Shown: positions 1 to 13,194 of the stretch, in pieces
Layout: the number at the start of each line of letters is the position of its first letter
Numbering within the stretch: position 1 is the first letter of the stretch
NCBI RefSeq assembly: GCF_004010195.1
Contig: NC_057719.1
Coordinates: 7,843,974 to 7,894,693, forward strand
Reading direction: 5' to 3'
Source: Chiloscyllium plagiosum
Taxonomy: Eukaryota
Length of the DNA: 50,720 nucleotides
Made by a program: the position numbers and the translations under genes
Notes under the pieces: model-generated
Database searches by the model: none
What the model saw: only the letters and a program-made list of their open reading frames with translations
Told to the model about the DNA's origin: nothing

Positions 1-354
1 ATGATAAAGGCCTTCTGCCTGTCAACAACTATATGATTGGCTCCCAGGTAGCTGAACAGTTTGAGGATGTTTGAGAAGAAGCCATCGGAGCTCTGGAAGT
101 GAATCTGCTGTCCTTCTTTCTGCAGTGAAGAAATACCTCGATTCTGAAGAAAGTAACTTTATTTTCCCTTAGTTGCTGTAAGCTGTTAATTTTAATCAGA
201 AATTTTAAGTAGTGACTCTGTGCCTCCTGCAAGTAAGTAAAAAGTACCTGGAGAAGGAAAATTGAGGAACAGCAGGTCTTGGCTGGCCAAAAGGATCATC
301 TTAGCAAACCCTGGGGTCAGGCACAGTTGACCTGCCTTGCCAGTCCATAACGCC

Positions 355-395
<41 letters not shown>

Positions 396-662
396 CACAC
401 AGGATTTTTGTAAGCAGGGTTAGAGTTTTAACTAGTGGAATTTAATATCAGTGTTTCATAATTGTGTACCTGTAGCTGGAATCCAATTACTTGTAGTAAA
501 TAGCAATCGTTAAGTACAGAAACCTGATCCATTTTTTCAGTTAACCTGGTTCAAAGGAACATAAATTTGGAAATTTGTGTACTTTTATAAGTTCTTTAAT
601 TTTGTGATTCATGCAGAGTAGTGAAAACTTAATTTCCAGTATGGTCCCCCATGAGGGTGGAA
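1..662. mobile_element. Possible degenerate solo-LTR-like repeat, cut by the window start
   Basis: Non-coding; composition and 3' part resemble the LTR-like insert at 43823-44466. No termini or TSD confirmed. Confidence 0.25.
360..390. repeat. (GT)n microsatellite, about 15 units
   Basis: Seen directly. Confidence 0.98.
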
Positions 663-1201
663 TCTCAACCTTGTTGAATCTGTGCTAAGTGTCATACTTC
701 AGCCGTTTGCTAGCCTGAGTGTTGAAATTAAATGTTTTTCAGGAGTGGAATTTGGACCTAGGTGTTCAATGTGCCTCAATTTTTTTTTACAACGTAGAAC
801 ACATTAATCAAATGGCAAAATTGTCTGTTTTTGCACTTTGTTTTGCTGTGATTGTGTGTGTAACACTCTCCCCTCTGACCCAAACACTGCTGGTGTTGAG
901 TCTTACTTTGTCTCCAAACCGAATGCAATGTGGAGGTAGTTGTTGCATTGCCTGAGGCCTCTCTTACAACTGAGACTGTAAACTGAAGCATCTCCAATTC
1001 TTAGGTAGATGTGGGAAACTCAGGGGCACAACATCAAAAATGAAAAGGGAGTATCCAGGCCACTATTTAACCCACAACCAGCATCTTAAAATAAATGATT
1101 ATCTGTTTGTTTATTTCATTGCTGTTTGTGGGACTTTGCTGTGTGCAAATCGACTTGCATTTTCCAACAGTGTGACTGTGACTAGGCTTCAATAGTATTT
1201 A

Positions 1202-1441
1202 CTGGATCAGTGGTGCTGGAAGAGCACAGCAATTCAGGCAGCATCCGAGGACAGGCAAAATCGACGTTTCGGGCAAAAGCCCTTCATCAGGAATAAAAGG
1301 AAAGGCTTTTATTCCTGATGAAGGGCTTTTGCCCGAAACGTCGATTTTGCCTGTCCTCGGATGCTGCCTGAATTGCTGTGCTCTTCCAGCACCACTGATC
1401 CAGAATCTGGTTTCCAGCATCTGCAGTCATTGTTTTTACCC
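1202..1441 (+). mobile_element. Palindromic PLE-derived mini-element (family A1): perfect 98-bp inverted arms plus 3' tail
   Basis: Arms 1202-1299 and 1306-1403 are exact reverse complements. 15-bp TSD cttcaatagtattta at 1187-1201 and 1442-1456. The same terminus flanks the GIY-YIG-coding element at 29757-31249. Confidence 0.9.
1315..1342 (+). ncRNA. Minimal hammerhead ribozyme motif (mirror copy on - strand at 1263-1290)
   Basis: CTGATGA-A-GGGC(TTTT)GCCC-GAAA-CG-TC: full core, 4-bp stem II, palindromic ACGT helix III, GUC site, short helix I attc/gatt. Confidence 0.78.
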
Positions 1442-2559
1442 CTTCAATAGTATTTAATTGAGTGTCAAGTTAGGGTTCGGGTTTGTGTCGGGTCATCTTG
1501 AAGTCATGAAAAGCGATGCATAAGTACAATGCTTTTTCTTTTCTTTTTCTTCATTTCCTTCAAGCTGACACTCAATACGAAACACCAGCAATAGAAATTA
1601 ATTGGTTTCAGTCTTTGAGCACGGCAATGGAAAATAGGACTGTTTTATTTGAATAGACATTGCTAATGGAGGTTGTGTGGAGGATATTTCCTTACTAGTT
1701 TGGCTGTCAGTTTTTATTAATTTGTGTCTTCATTTATGTTTTTTTTAAATTAAAGATATTGTGGAGAAACAATTGAGTTTGTAATCCTGCTGCTTTTATT
1801 TTCCATTTTGCCCTCTGCTTCAGAAGAAAGTAACCACCAGGGGTCACTTTATCTTCATTGCTGGGAGATTTGCTTCCTTTGGGCTTCTGTTGACTTATTC
1901 CAGCATTTTAATGCCCCCCCTCAAAAAAAGAAATTATCTCATACTTTTCAGTTAGTCAGCTTTTAAACAACAGTGGGAATACCTTATGAACTGACTTCTT
2001 GGGGGAAAAATGATGTGATGATACAGAATGCATATCAAATGCATGTGACATTAAATACAATGCCTTCTAAAGAAAATTGCAAAATTCCTTTTAAATACTG
2101 AACCAAATCCCAAAAGCTGTTGTGGTAAATTTTTTTTTGACAATGGTGCGTAGTTTATTAAAATGTGCTGTTATTCACCATTATGCAGTTTGAATGCAAT
2201 TGCAGAGCATTAGCTATTCAATGGAGACTTGTTCAGTAGCTTATTTAATGTTATAGCTGCATAGAATGGAATATTAATCTGTTATAAACCTTTAGCACAA
2301 TCGTACAATAAAAAAAAACTTCAGGTGTAGTATATTCTAGTAAGTGCTTCTTTTATCTTCAGTTAGAATAGGAATTTATGATCTCATATAATGAAATTAC
2401 AATAACTTTACAGCACTAATATGGCTATTTTATGAAGTAAAAAAAATCCAATAGAGAGCGCTCACTTCATTTAGAATAGCATTTTAAAAATGTCACATCT
2501 ATCTATATGGTGAAATGTATCAGAAGCCACAATTGAAGGGATGTAGTTCGTCGTAATGT

Positions 2560-2820
2560 AGGCGGAGATCACTGATAGGGAGGAACTTCAAAAGAAGAAT
2601 GATAATTAAAAATCAAGGCTTTGAGAGCTGATGTAGGCTAGTCCGAAGAGGGGGCGGACAATTGATAGAAAAGACTTGGTGTGAATGAGGATATGGGTGG
2701 CAGAGTGCTGGATGAGCTCAAGTTTGTGGAAGTTGGGAGCTGGCCAGATGGAAATTTGAACAGTAGAATCTAGAGGTAACAAAGCCATAGCTAAGGCTTC
2801 AGTGAGAGTTGAGCTTTTTC
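2560..2820 (-). mobile_element. Highly decayed L2-like LINE fragment
   Basis: Purine-rich + strand similar to the remnant at 8470-8880. Confidence 0.35.
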
Positions 2821-3624
2821 TCATTGATGGATGGTGCTAAGTGTTTCAGGTTGTCTTTTGGCCTGTTTCTCTTCCTGCTTCATTATTGCTCTGAACTATG
2901 GTTATGTTACTGGTCACAGTGTTCATTGACCTCCTGAGTTTTGTCCTTTTACCTCCAGCAAAACACCGTTTCTAAATGGTTTGCTTTTCTTGCTGGTCTG
3001 ATTTTTGTTTTGGCTCCAATTCCACTCTTCTTGGGAAGGTGGCAATTTGGTAGCTTCCTTTGACCTTTCGAACTCCTCTCATCATGAGTTTTTGCTGATG
3101 TACTCTAAGCAGCCCTGGTGATGTGGCTTCTCAAAACCACAACCAGATTTTGTGCCATAGGTATATTTCCTCATTTCTTGCTATATAACATCCTAGCAAA
3201 GTGAGACTCAAAGGGAAACGTGTGCCTTTAGTGTGGTATTCTTTCATATTTTATCTTGCAACCAGCCCTGAAGAAGCTTTTGCCAATCTTACCACTTGCA
3301 GCTTTCTCTTTCAACTCTTAGCTTTATTTATTCTGGTGTTTCTGTTCCCTTTGCTGTTGTTTTGAGTTAATAAAACTGTTTCCTTTGGTTCGAGAACTGG
3401 ACATATAAATGGAGCAGAGGTGGAGCAATTTCCCTCAAAGGAGTAGTGCTATGGGCAACTTTCCCTGTGAGTTGATGGAAATTCCTATTATACTGCGGTT
3501 GACCTTGTAACAATGAGGAAGAATTGGTGTTACACTAGGTAGTCAAATTCTGATTTCTAAACGACATTGAAAATGATCACAGCATATTATTATGGGATTC
3601 TGTGATTTTAAATTAGCACAGTCA

Positions 3625-3762
3625 GAGTCTAAGAGTGTGGTGCTGGAAAAGCACAGCATGTCAGACAGCATGTGAGAAGCAGGACAGTCGACGCATAAGC
3701 TCTTCATCAGGACCACACTCTTCGACTCTGATCTCCAGCATCTGCAGTCCTCTCTTGCTTCT
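3625..3762 (+). mobile_element. Older, internally deleted palindromic PLE mini-element
   Basis: Inverted agagtctaagagtgtggt / accacactcttcgactctg, tail atctccagcatctgcagtcc, decayed hammerhead on - strand. TSD aattagcacagtca (3611-24) vs aattagcatggtca (3763-76). Confidence 0.7.
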
Positions 3763-4301
3763 AATTAGCATGGTCATCCAATTTTGCAACTGATAGGATG
3801 GATTTGGGGAAAAATCATTCTGCAGACAACTCAAATGTCAATAGAATAATGAACTCATTGACTGTAAATATCATCATTGTAGGCAGAAATTCTCTTGGTT
3901 TGAAAATGTTCTCTCTTTAGTTTTTATTAATTCACAGTAAATCAATAGTTGACTACAGTAGGTGAGTCAAGGTGTTTTTTTATTCATGAAGCCATAAACC
4001 CCTCTTCTTTCCTCAGAACCTTGTTTGTGGGTCGTGATGTCCTTCAATCAGATTAATGCATGCTCAAAACAGCTCAGAAATTACTCTGGCAAACCTTTTC
4101 CTGGCAGTTGCCAAATCCCTTTGAATAATATAATTACTAGAGACTTCGAAACAGGAGGGAAGCCATTTAGCCTCTTAATCTCTTCTGCCATCCTTTCAGA
4201 TTACAGCTGTTCCAAATCTTAGTTCCATTTGTAGCCTCAATTCATTTTCTGGATATGGATCCTTCGACCCTAATTTATAAATGTTCAACTCATCCACCCA
4301 A

Positions 4302-4585
4302 AGAATCCCTACAGTATGGAAACAGGCCTTTCATCCCAACAAGTCCACACCGACCCTCCGAAGAGTAACCCACCCAGACTCATTCCCCTACATTTACCCC
4401 TGACTAATGTACCTAACCTGTACGTCTTGGGACTGTGGAAGGAAACCAGAGCACCTGGAGGAAACCCACGCAGACACGGGGAGAATGTGCAAACTCCACA
4501 CAGACAGTCACCCAAGCCTGGATTTGAATCCAGGTCCCTGGTGCTGTGAGGCAACAGTGCTAACCACTCAGCCACCGTGCCGCCC
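4302..4585 (-). mobile_element. HE1-like tRNA-derived V-SINE
   Basis: - strand starts gggcggcacggtggctgagtggttagcac and contains the V-domain tgtgtggagtttgcacattctccccgtgtctgcgtgggtttcc. Confidence 0.9.
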
Positions 4586-5119
4586 ATTCCCTTCCCCACT
4601 CCATCTCCATTCTGAACCTTAACAACTTATTGGAAGTGAGAATTCTATATTTTTCTGTGCAGATGTCCTTACTGGAAAACAGACTTCAACTTTAAGCTTA
4701 TAATTTTAAGGTTATAATCCCTTTTATTGGACATTCCCATCCCACCACCTCCAAGAAATATTATCTTTGCAATTACCAATCAACTACAATTAAACATCTC
4801 AATTAGATAATCTTTTCTGGAGCAAATGCAAGCTTAGTCTTTGTAACATCTCCTCAATGTCTAACCCTTTTAGCCAATATTGCTGTAGTTTTTTAATGGA
4901 AAGTTCAGATCTCTTGCTCAACAACTAGGGATTCCTTTCCTTTGAATTGCAATATGATCATTGTGTTAAATTATCTTGGTTGGAATTGTGTGTTAATAAA
5001 AGGAGTGTTTCCCCATGTGTTTTTTTCTTTCTGTTCCCTCCTTAAGCCTTTCATTCTCTTTCATTTCTTTTCACCCCATCAACATCATGCACTCAGTATT
5101 TTTCCTTCTTTAATTGTAC

Positions 5120-5275
5120 GAAGTAATCCTGTGAACTTAGCTATCAAGACATTCCAGGCTGGTGTTACCACTGTGTTGTCTTCAACAGTTGCCAGCTGGT
5201 CTCTATCAAAATTGCATGGTGTCCAAAATGCCAGCTACTGTATTTTGGACTGCTTTATGAGGGCTCAAGACTGAC
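5120..5275 (+). mobile_element. Decayed L2-like RT fragment
   Basis: SLSKLHGVQNASYCIL resembles the L2-type KLQLVQNAAARIL motif. Confidence 0.35.
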
Positions 5276-6967
5276 CTCATTCAATATTGCCTGAGACAGG
5301 AATAGGTGAGCAGAGACTTGTCTGCCTCTGCCCATTGACAGGACTTTATGGGGAAACCCTTTTACTCCTTTAATAACTAGTCAGGCTTTCCAGGAAGGAT
5401 TCCTGTTGATGTGAGTAGCTGCAGGTTTAGCTGTGATGTATCATGTGAGGATGGGACAGTTATGCTCATTACAGCAATGTTATCAAAAGATGAGGTGGAC
5501 AGTGTTATGGTTTGCAATTCAGTGACCCCTGCCAGATATCTATGTCACTTTGCAAGATGTTGATAGAACTCTTGTTTAATGCCCCAATTATTAAGTTGCC
5601 TACCGATGTTTCTAAAGCTCAAATGTGAAATATAATCATTTGAACAAGGTAGTGAAAGACACCCAGTACCTGTGGGGAATTACTTCAGTATGAGCAGTGT
5701 CTGCAGTGGCAGAAAAGAGAAAATCTTTTTGGATAAAATAAATAAGCAGTTTGTTCAGGTCAGTAACCACAGAGGAGCTATAATCCTGATCAGTTGTTGA
5801 GTGAGAGCAAAACCATTTATTTGCGTAATAGTGGTTTGCAATCCCGTCTGAGATTGCAATCGTAGGTAGATGTTTAATATTCCCCGGAGTAGTCGGTGCA
5901 TAGCTTCAGAAATGGACAAACAGCGGAGAAGGGAAAGAGGATTTCTCATTATCTGTACAAGTAGTACATGATGAAAAGAGACGGGTCTGGCTGCGTGCAG
6001 TGTTTATCACAATATGCTGTCTTGAAATACTTCATACCCAAAGGTTAGCAGACACGAACTGAATAAATCTTGGCCTCCAGTTAACAATAACTATTATATT
6101 ATTTCACTGACTAGAGAGGTGATGACCTTTCTGATTATGATATTTCCAACTCTGATCAATAATTATTAGGCTTTTTGGAGAGGTATTCCTACCCTTAGTT
6201 ATGGCCTGTGTAATTAGAATGATGAGAAATAATTGTTTTATCACTTCTCATTGTTTCAAAACCTGGCAGAGAAGCTGGTGATGAGAGACTGAAAATGAGA
6301 ATTTAAGAAACAATGATAGATCTGAAGTGAAGCAGATATGTACACTTGAGAATTGGGATTGGCATTGATTGTGAAGGTAATGCTCTCTTTGATCAATCAA
6401 AGTGACATGACTTAGGCAACTGTTTGCCATCTAGTTCTGTAGATAAGCAACATTAACATGAAATTCCTTCTCCAGGTAAGGAGTTGGGGATGTGAGAAAA
6501 TATTATCCCTGGAAGCATGCAGATAAAGAATAAAAACAAGGCCTAGTTTAGGATTTTTGACAGAATGCATCTTCAAGATGCATCTTTAAGTAAAATAAGT
6601 ATGCCGTGTCTCAAACTTTTAATCAGATTTAAGCAGTGCACCATTGATCCCATATCATTGAGTATTTCAGACTGAAACACTTAAACTCTTGTTCTAACCT
6701 GTTGGTTTTTTTTGTCTTTCTTTGATATAATGTTTATGCAATGTGTAAAAACAGTATATATGTGCATTATATATACAAACACAGTGAATTAAGGGTTTGT
6801 GGAGAAAGGACAGTGCTAGCGAAATTTTGTAAGGTTTCGCTTGAGATTTATTTATCTATGTTATTGTGAAGATTAGTCTTGCATCCATTTGGAAATAAAT
6901 CTTTGAAGCAATGCAGCTGCAAAAAGAAAGGTACAAAGTTGATTTTTATTTGGTATGCAGCATTTAT

Positions 6968-7772
6968 TTAGAGTCAGAGCTGTGCAGCTCAGAAATGGGC
7001 CCTTCAGTCCAACTTGTCCATGCCAATCAAATATCCTAAATTAATCTAGTCCTATTTGCCAGTATTTAGTCCATGTCCATCTGAGCCCTTTTTATCCACA
7101 TAACCATCCAGGTCCCTTTTAAATGTAATTGTACTGGCTGCCACCACTTTCTGTGGCAGCTCATTCCACACAAGCACCATCCTTTGTGTGAAAAAGCTGT
7201 CCCTTCGATCCCTTTTATATCTTTCCCCTCGCACTTTAAACCTAAGCCCTGTGGTTTTTGCCTACCCCACGAAAATGATCTTGATTACTTACCTTATCCA
7301 TGCCCCTCATAATATTATAAACTTCTATAAGGCCACACCTCAGCCTCTGCTTCAGGGAAAATAGCCCCAGCCTATTCAACCACTCCCTGTAGCTCAAACC
7401 GTCCAACCATGGCAATATTCAGGGTTCCTGAACCCATTCAAGTTTCATGACATATTTTCTTTGGCAGAGAGACCAGAATTGAATGCAATATTCAGAAAGT
7501 GGTCTTACCAATGTTCTGTACAGATGCAACATGACATCCTAACTTCAAAAACCATGCATTGACTAATGAAGGCAAGTCTACCAAAGCCTTCTTCACTACC
7601 CTGTCTAGCTGTGACTCCACTTTCAAGAAACTATTAACCTTCACTTCAAGGTCTCTTTGTTTGGCAACACTCCCCAGAACCCTACAATTAAGTATCTAAG
7701 TCCTACCCTGATTTGCCTTACCAAAATGCATCACCTCATATTTATCTAAATTAAACTGCATCTGCCACTCCT
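6968..7772 (-). mobile_element. CR1/HER1-type LINE, 3' portion
   Basis: RGERYKRD...FFTQRMVLVWNELP...TFKRDLD C-terminal ORF2 motif, followed by 3' UTR. Confidence 0.88.
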
Positions 7773-8168
7773 TTAAGAAGTGACATTAGTCACACCTGAT
7801 TGAGAGTTCTTAAAAATATAGCAACTTTTTGCAAATGTTTTAAGCTATTGAGATTATGCCTTTTGGAATTCATGTAAGGGTGTAAATATTTTTTTAACAA
7901 GTCTAAGATTAGGACCAGAAGCAGGTTGTGTATGTACCTGTCATATGGTATTTGCTATTTCTACAGGCCTGGGATGATACATCCCTATCTGGCAAAGACA
8001 TGAGAGGTTATATATTCTATTTATGCCCTCTGCCCAAGGCTTCTCTGGAGCAGTAATAACAAAATTTGACAGAGCTATATAAATTTGTTGAGCCAAGTGA
8101 CCAAACGTTTGATGAAAAAGATAGGTTTAAATAAAAGTCTTAAAAGAGGAGAGAAAGGAAGCGAGCTG

Positions 8169-8468
8169 AGATTAGATTCCCTACAGTGTGGAAACAGGTC
8201 CATCGGCCCAACAAGTCCACACTGACCCTCTGAAGAGTAACCCACACAGACCCATTTCCCTCAGACTAATGCACCTAACACTATGGGCAATTTAGCATGG
8301 CCAATTCACCTAACCTGCACATCTCTGGACTGTGGGAGGAAACCGGAGCACCCGGAGGAAACCCACGCAGACACTGGGAGAATGTGCAAACTCCATGCAA
8401 ACAGTCACCCAAGGCTGGAATTGAACCTGTAAGGCAGCAGTGCTAACCACTGAGCCACCTTGCCACCC
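8169..8468 (-). mobile_element. HE1-like V-SINE inserted in an L2-like remnant
   Basis: Same head and V-domain as 4302-4585; (aatct)n tail on - strand. Confidence 0.9.
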
Positions 8469-8469
8469 A

Positions 8470-8880
8470 GCTTGAGCTAGAGCGATTTAGGAAGGGAATT
8501 CTAGAGCTTTGGACCTACGCTTTTGCTGATATAGGCAAAAATGGTGGAATGAGGGAAATTTGGATGTGCAAGTGGTTGGAATTAGAGAGGTGCTGAGATC
8601 TCTCTGGGTTGCAGGTCAGGAGGAATTTGCAGGCTGGACAGCTGAGGCCATGGTAGGATTTGAAAACAAGAATGAAAATTTTAAAATTGAGGCTTCGGCA
8701 GACCAAAAGCCAATGTTGGTCAGTGAGTGCATCAACAAATAGGTCTTGGTATGCATTAGGGTACAGGCCGTGTCTCAGATGTGCTCAGGATTATAGAGGG
8801 ATGCAAGGTGGGAGGCCTGACTCTTGCCAATCTGTCTTTAACAGCATTGATACTGAGGAATGGAGTTGATGACTAGGCAT
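8470..8880 (-). mobile_element. L2-like LINE 3' remnant
   Basis: LNFKIFILVFKSYHGL matches the L2-type IDFKILLLVFKSLHGL motif. Confidence 0.65.
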
Positions 8881-11549
8881 CAAAACCTGTGGCACTTGAA
8901 TGCCAATAATAACTTTGACCCACTAATTTATATCTTGAATCAGGCAAGTAAGTTGACAATGTATGAATGAATGTCACGAGACAGAATGCTGCCATTGTAA
9001 GACAGAATAACTGAGAAGACTGCACAAATCAATAAATCCTTGTATCATAAACTGCAAATTTGGTTTGTAAAAACTGTAGATTATTGAGACTTGGCAGATG
9101 AAGCTGGTAAACTGTTTCATTGTGTTGGATAAAATATACTGTAAAATCTTAAAGCAATGTAATGGATCTTGATTCTGCTAAGTGAAAGTGCAAGTATGTG
9201 GTAGACCATTCGGTAACCTAGTTCTGAGCATAGAAAGAATGAGGAAATTCAGTGTTCCTTCTCTTCTATGTTATGATCTTCTACAGGTTAAAGGGATTTA
9301 TTTTTTGCTGTAATATATTTTCTATTTGTCAATCAATGTTCAGTTGTGCAGCACAAAGTTAGTATTTAAAGAATTCTTTAGCGAATCAAAGAAGGCCTCA
9401 TTATATTGCAAAATCCTTTCATTCATTTGATTTCTTTTTAATAACTAATAGCATTTATGTGTTCTGTGCCTGTACCATCTCTCAAACAGCAGTGACATGA
9501 GTGACCTGTTCTTCTGTCTTTTGAATGGTGTATGTGGATGAGCATTTTTAAGTATGCAGTTGGCACTTTGGACTGTGATGTGAGGGAAAGCCAGCCTCAG
9601 AACAGAACGTTATGGAGTAGAAGTTAGGCATCTTCAGACATTCTCAGATTTTAAATCTTTTTACTGTCAAAGGCCATTGCCTTGTGCTCAGATGGAGAAC
9701 CATTTAAGTATTATGACATTGCAAGGCTATTTGTCAGCAAGCTTCACAGACCAACATTGAACGTTTGGCTAGCTTTTCAACTTTGAGCTCAGGGTATGGT
9801 TCAAATTTTGTAAGTTCTGAGTTGCATTATGAAAGCAATACCAAAATGTAATAAAGGTAACCTTTGAGCCAATAAATGTTTTTTTTTTGCCATGCTTGAT
9901 ATATTAAGAAGTCTGTCTGCCTTGACAGGTGCTTACAGTAGCACTGCTGGTCCAAGCTGTTAAGTATTGATCAGTAGACGGAAAGTATGTTAGCTGCAGT
10001 TGAAAGCCATTAAAGTTTAAACATAAGAACTGTCTACAGCTGTTAGATCGCATTTTATTGTTAATGGATATAGTGCTGAGAGGACTAAGTTAGACAAGGA
10101 CATCTGTGCTGGATGTCAGAAATGCACAGTGTCTCGAAACAGACTAGTAGCAAAAGACAACTGTCATGTATGTGTATGTATGCAATATTTTAAATCTCCA
10201 TTTTCAGTAGGTTGATTGAGTGCAATGCGCAGGAGATCCCGTATTCAGTCACACACTGATGCATGTCGTTTTCTATGTCTGTGCTGTTGTGATCCCAGCT
10301 GATGTTAATCTGGACATGCCAGATCCCAGAATGAAACCTGCCTTAACTGATTCAACTTTGATATTTTAAAAAAAGAATGGAGGTCGGTTATTGGACATAC
10401 TCAAGAGGCTGCCGGTATACTTTTAACACGATAAGATGTTAAACGAGGAAAGAAAGCTCTTTTACGTTAGATTAAAAGAAAGTTTGGACATATTATAGAC
10501 TTCAGGAAAATACTCAAGTTCTCACTGCCCATTTGCCCAAACCTCAGCACAGAGTCACCACTCTGTTCTCACTCAGACTGGTACATCAGCAACTTGTTTC
10601 CTTTTGGTGAATTTCTGTCCAGTCACTACATATGTTTTTCCTTAATCTAAGAAACCTAAAGACATCTAAAGTCATTGTGACTTTAATTTCAGAGCAACTC
10701 CAAGTTTGTTAACCCCTCTCTGAGACCACTCTCTGGCTTACCCACTCTGATTGACTATCTGGATAATTGTTTACCTGTAGCACTAGCCTGTTGCTAGGCA
10801 ACAGTGCAGTTTTTATAAAACATTGAACAGTTAACCCTTCCCAAACCTTCAAGTCAAGGTTGTAAAACCTCATGAAAATGTATTTAAATAAACAGACCTT
10901 CAGACTCTTGTCACCACAGCCTCCCAGATGAAACTCTACAAGTAACCAACCATGTCCTTTCCTTCTTAAAACTCAAAATTCTAAATTTACATTTGACTTA
11001 TAGTTACATAGNNNNNNNNNNNNNNNNNNNNNNNNNNNNNNNNNNNNNNNNNNNNNNNNNNNNNNNNNNNNNNNNNNNNNNNNNNNNNNNNNNNNNNNNN
11101 NNNNNNNNNNNNNNNNNNNNNNNNNNNNNNNNNNNNNNNNNNNNNNNNNNNNNNNNNNNNNNNNNNNNNNNNNNNNNNNNNNNNNNNNNNNNNNNNNNNN
11201 NNNNNNNNNNNNNNNNNNNNNNNNNNNNNNNNNNNNNNNNNNNNNNNNNNNNNNNNNNNNNNNNNNNNNNNNNNNNNNNNNNNNNNNNNNNNNNNNNNNN
11301 NNNNNNNNNNNNNNNNNNNNNNNNNNNNNNNNNNNNNNNNNNNNNNNNNNNNNNNNNNNNNNNNNNNNNNNNNNNNNNNNNNNNNNNNNNNNNNNNNNNN
11401 NNNNNNNNNNNNNNNNNNNNNNNNNNNNNNNNNNNNNNNNNNNNNNNNNNNNNNNNNNNNNNNNNNNNNNNNNNNNNNNNNNNNNNNNNNNNNNNNNNNN
11501 NNNNNNNNNNNAATGAAGAAATGTTTTGTCATCTCAGTCCTCAATAGTT

Positions 11550-13194
11550 TATAAGAACTAAGAGCAGGAGTAGGCCATCTGGCCCTTCGAGCATCCTCTC
11601 CGTTCAATAAGATCAAGGCTGATCATTTTGTGGACTCAGCTCCACTTACCCACCCTCTCATCGTATCCCTTAATTCCTTTGCTGTTCAAAAATATCTATT
11701 TTAGCTTTAAAAACATTTACTGAAGTAGCGTCAACTACGTCACTGGCCAGGGAATTCCACAGATTCACAACCCTCTGGGTGAAGAAGTTCCTTCTCAATT
11801 CAGTCCTAAATCTGCTCCCCCTAATTTTGAGGCTATGCCCTCTTGTCCTAGTTTCACCCGCCAGTGGAAACATCCTCTCTACTTCTATCTTATCTATTCC
11901 TTTCAAAATTTTATATGTTCCTATAAGATCTCCCCATATTCTTCTGAATTCTAAAGAATATAATCCCTGTTCTTGTGTCCTTCTCATAAGCCAACCCCAA
12001 CAACTCCAGAATCAACCTAGTGAACCTTCTCTGTACCCCCTCTAATACCAGCAATAAGGAGACAAAAACTGCACCTAGTACTCCAGCAGGGCTCACCAGC
12101 ACCTTGTACAGCTGCAACATAATCTCCCTCTAGCAATGAAGGACAGAATTCCATTTACCTTCCTAATTGAATGTTGTACCTGCAGACCAACCTTCTGTGA
12201 TTCATGCATAAGGATACCCAGGTCCCTCCGCATAGCAGCATACTGCAACTTTTTACCATACAAGTAAAAGTCCTTTTTACTGTTACTCCTACCAAAACGG
12301 ATGACTTCACATTTATTAACATTGTATTCCATCTGCCATACCTATGCCCACTTATTCAAAGCATCTATGTTCCTCTGCAAAGTTTCCCAGTCCTCTGCAC
12401 AATCATCTTAGTGTCATCTGCAAACTTTGACACCCTACAAGTGATTCCCAGATGGGTGGCACAGTGGTTAGCACTGCTGCCTCATAGCGCCAGACACCTG
12501 GGTTCAATTCCAGCCTTGGGCAACTAACTGTGTGGAGTTTGCACATTCTCCCCGTGTCTGTGTGGGTTTCCTCCCACAGTCCAAAAATGTGCAGGTTAGG
12601 TGAATTGGCCATGCTAAATTGCCCATAGTGTTAGGTGTAGAGGTAAATGTAGGGGGTTGCTCTTCAGAGGGTTGGTGTGGACTTGTTGGGGCGAAGGGCA
12701 TGTTTCCACACTGTAAGTAATCTAATCTGTATAAATTGTTAATAATTGTGGTCCCAACACAGATCACTGAGGCATATCATTAGTTACTGCTTGCCAACCA
12801 GAGTAGTATTCATTTATCCCCACTCTTTGTTTCCTGTTAGTCAACCAATCCTCTATCCATACTTATATTTTACCTGTAATGCCATGCATCTTTATCTTAT
12901 GCAGCAGCCTCTTGTACGGCACCTTGTCGGAGGCCTTATGGAAATCTAGGTATACCACATCCACTGGGTCCCTGTTGTCCACCTTGCTCGTACTGTCTTC
13001 ATAGAATTCCAAAAGATTTGTTGAGCATAACCTACCCTTAATGAACCCATGCTGCATCTGCCCAATGGGATAATTTCTATCTAGATGCCTTGCTATTTCT
13101 TCCTTGATGATAGACTCAAGCACCTTCCCCACTACAGAAGTTAAACTAACCAGTTTATAGTTCCCCATCTTTTGTCTACCTCCCTTTTTTAAAC
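11550..13194 (-). mobile_element. CR1 LINE (RT to 3' end), split by a SINE; continues at 14921-15315
   Basis: NYKLVSLTSVVGKVLESII...QHGFIKGRLCSTNLLEFYE...VDVVYLDFHKA and RGHSLKI...RNFFTQRVVNLWNSL motifs; frameshifted. Confidence 0.92.
12454..12728 (+). mobile_element. HE1-like V-SINE nested in CR1
   Basis: tRNA-like head with B-box ggttcaattcc, V-domain, (aatct)n tail. Confidence 0.9.

Larger units (their letters stand above)
1000..1545 (+). mobile_element. Old DeuSINE (SacSINE1/AmnSINE-like), interrupted by the PLE hairpin at 1202-1441
   Basis: Deu-domain-like motif gattatctg...cattgctgtttgtgggactttgctgtgtgcaaat, and a decayed tail ending in ttttcttt. Confidence 0.6.

Noticed and set aside
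1202..1403. Hairpins read as pre-miRNA, DNA-transposon MITE, terminator or CRISPR repeat
   Set aside because: Asymmetric arms, variable 8-15 bp TSDs and linkage to RT/GIY-YIG indicate PLE retrotransposition; eukaryotic context with no spacer array.
6443..6475. 33-nt AG...GTAAGG bounded in-frame micro-exon candidate (ISNINMKFLLQ)
   Set aside because: Good donor but weak pyrimidine tract and no convincing similarity to CEP128; expected by chance in 22 kb of intron.
10987..11616. Long ORFs spanning N runs (also 26535-27398 and 29665-31059)
   Set aside because: Their length comes from assembly gaps; only the PLE RT and GIY-YIG parts are real coding remnants.
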